34,762 nucleotides of DNA from a virus (taxonomy: Duplodnaviria; Caudoviricetes): positions 1 to 34,762 of IMG/VR virus record IMGVR_UViG_3300016478_000097. One strand, given 5' to 3'. Of the stretch, positions 33,213 through 34,762 are shown piece by piece. Below the pieces are notes generated by a model that saw only the letters and a list, made by a program, of their open reading frames with translations, was not told the DNA's origin and searched no databases. Position 1 is the first letter of the stretch, and every line of letters starts with the position of its first letter. The position numbers and the translations under genes are program-made.

Positions 33213-34114
33213 TGCACAAACTCCGGAAACAGTGACCAAAAATACATCTTAATATTCTGATGTCCAAATTCTTTTTTATTATCAGACCTAGAACTCTCAG
33301 AAAAGTATCCATCTACGGCATTGATGTAGAATGAATACTCATGTTGATAAAGTTCTTCCCAATTCTTGACAAATCGTTTGATATTCAGTTGTTCAAGAGC
33401 TAGATTGTCGAACGATACAACATCAAACAGCTTGAAGAGTGTATAGACCTCACGATACCACTTGATATGCTCAGGAGTGGTCAGATTCACTTTACCTAGA
33501 TTGAATCCAAAATCCTTTTCTCCAAGCACCAGAATCTTCTTGACTCCATTTTCTGCGAGTTTCCTAACAGAATCAATAGAATCAATTCCAGTAATAACAT
33601 GGACTACAGAATTCTGATACTGAAGAATCCATTGAGGAATATCAAGCATCCCATGACGATATGAAATCCCTAGTCCGTTGATAAGACCAGTTGTAATTGC
33701 ATAGTCAATATATCCTTTGTCCCTGCGAATATGTCCTTGATTGATTGTTGCATTAACAATCCAACCAGACATCTTACACTTCTTTAGGAAAACAAGAAGA
33801 TCATTATGCCATTCATTGATTCCAATTGCAAGTTCTACTCCAGCAGGTAAACCAGATAGAATAGTATCATAAAGGTAATCCAGATCAGCAGAGTATCCAT
33901 CGGTTGTCGCAGATTCGTGACAAAAATTACAGATGGCCTTTCCAGTTTTTGGATTCAGACCAAATGCACACCTAGAAGAAACTCGAATATCAATGTTAAG
34001 AGGATAGTCAAGTCGAATACCCGAATCTGGATATTCAATTACCCTAGTTCCATCTGAGGAAAGGGCAATCTCAGCGTTTCCGTTTTTATACTTTGCAATG
34101 ATATTCGAGTTCAT
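33209..34114 (-). CDS. Radical SAM-like protein with expanded Cys motif
   Basis: P.NID......C-x12-CNFCHE, ELAIG, N.T.NQ.H, GLGIS, VSFDNLA..QL. Confidence 0.75.
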   Translation of the reverse strand: MNSNIIAKYKNGNAEIALSSDGTRVIEYPDSGIRLDYPLNIDIRVSSRCAFGLNPKTGKAICNFCHESATTDGYSADLDYLYDTILSGLPAGVELAIGINEWHNDLLVFLKKCKMSGWIVNATINQGHIRRDKGYIDYAITTGLINGLGISYRHGMLDIPQWILQYQNSVVHVITGIDSIDSVRKLAENGVKKILVLGEKDFGFNLGKVNLTTPEHIKWYREVYTLFKLFDVVSFDNLALEQLNIKRFVKNWEELYQHEYSFYINAVDGYFSESSRSDNKKEFGHQNIKMYFWSLFPEFVQ

Positions 34115-34120
34115 AATATA

Positions 34121-34573
34121 TCAGTGATTATCGTTGTCAGTTTCAAGCCAAGAATCAGAGTCAAATAGGAATTGCTTCAGAAGGTTATCGTCATAGAACA
34201 GATGATGATAATCATTACTTTCTACCGACTGATGGTCGATATACCCATTACGACGCCAGAATGGAGCATCTTCGTCTGTTACCATTATAACACTAGATGC
34301 ACCTGTATGACCACAGACAACACGCTGAAAAGTTTCCATGAACTCTTCTTCGGCGTCATTACACCAATCTCGGATGTAAACCCATAGGTATACCATCTTA
34401 GTATATGAATCATTATACCGTTCCTGTTCCCAGCCAAATTCCATCGGCGCAAGACGAATGACACCATCTTCGTCTGGTATTACAGAATCATATACATCAG
34501 ACTCACCAATCGAAATAGAATGACAAGAAGATGAATTGGTTTCAAATACGGAATTGCGAATAAGTTTTTTCAT
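34121..34573 (-). CDS. Conserved 'R..VFETNSSS.HS' acidic protein
   Basis: IRNSVFETNSSSCHSISI, FGWE, GYIDHQS, C-terminal NDN. Confidence 0.8.
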   Translation of the reverse strand: MKKLIRNSVFETNSSSCHSISIGESDVYDSVIPDEDGVIRLAPMEFGWEQERYNDSYTKMVYLWVYIRDWCNDAEEEFMETFQRVVCGHTGASSVIMVTDEDAPFWRRNGYIDHQSVESNDYHHLFYDDNLLKQFLFDSDSWLETDNDNH

Positions 34574-34576
34574 TTT

Positions 34577-34762
34577 TTAGCTCCAAGAACGATGTTGTTC
34601 GACTACAGTTTCCATACCGTCATAATCTTTGATTTTCCAAAGGATATCATCCGGGATTTCAACAACTTTTAGTTCTGCAAGATATCCATCTGCTTCGATT
34701 CCGAGTTCTTCGACAACTTGAATAAGCAATGGATCATTTCGTTTAATACAAGATTCAAAGAA
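34577..34762 (-). CDS. Conserved phage hypothetical protein, C-terminal part (truncated by window end)
   Basis: Manual translation ...RNDPLLIQVVEELGIEADGYLAELKVVEIPDDILWKIKDYDGMETVVEQHRSWS*. Confidence 0.75.
   Translation of the reverse strand, partial: FFESCIKRNDPLLIQVVEELGIEADGYLAELKVVEIPDDILWKIKDYDGMETVVEQHRSWS

Noticed and set aside
1-34762. Stop-codon reassignment (TAG was not seen as a stop in the genes I checked)
   Set aside because: gp41, uvsX, rnh and gp15 are intact under the standard code with no in-frame TAG, so this is avoidance only.

Overview
AT-rich segment of a large T4-like (Tevenvirinae-type) myovirus genome. A Proteobacterial host is likely, because the phage carries an RpoH-like sigma factor. 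Recognisable core genes: gp26/gp51/gp29-like baseplate hub and tape-measure cluster, denV, gp15, RNase H, dsbA, gp41 helicase, gp40, uvsX and GroES. Accessory genes: two AAA ATPases, two metallophosphoesterases, a P-loop kinase, a deaminase, a 3'-5' exonuclease, a probable virion ADP-ribosyltransferase, a repeat-rich Vsr/EDxHD-type homing endonuclease, an SLT transglycosylase with a membrane-protein cassette, and a radical SAM + 'FETNSSS' gene pair. The most unusual signals are non-coding. (i) A ~270-nt structured RNA with a 16-bp closing stem and an internal tandem (N)UUA(N)AAG repeat tract has its own promoter and follows a DIP1984-like coiled-coil gene, which is flanked by an exact 20-bp direct repeat. 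(ii) A 112-nt tRNA-like RNA lies behind a late-promoter motif. (iii) Four stem-closed RNA modules, two with T-arm-like hairpins, sit back to back. Protein family calls are by eye from motifs and gene order; no database searches were run.
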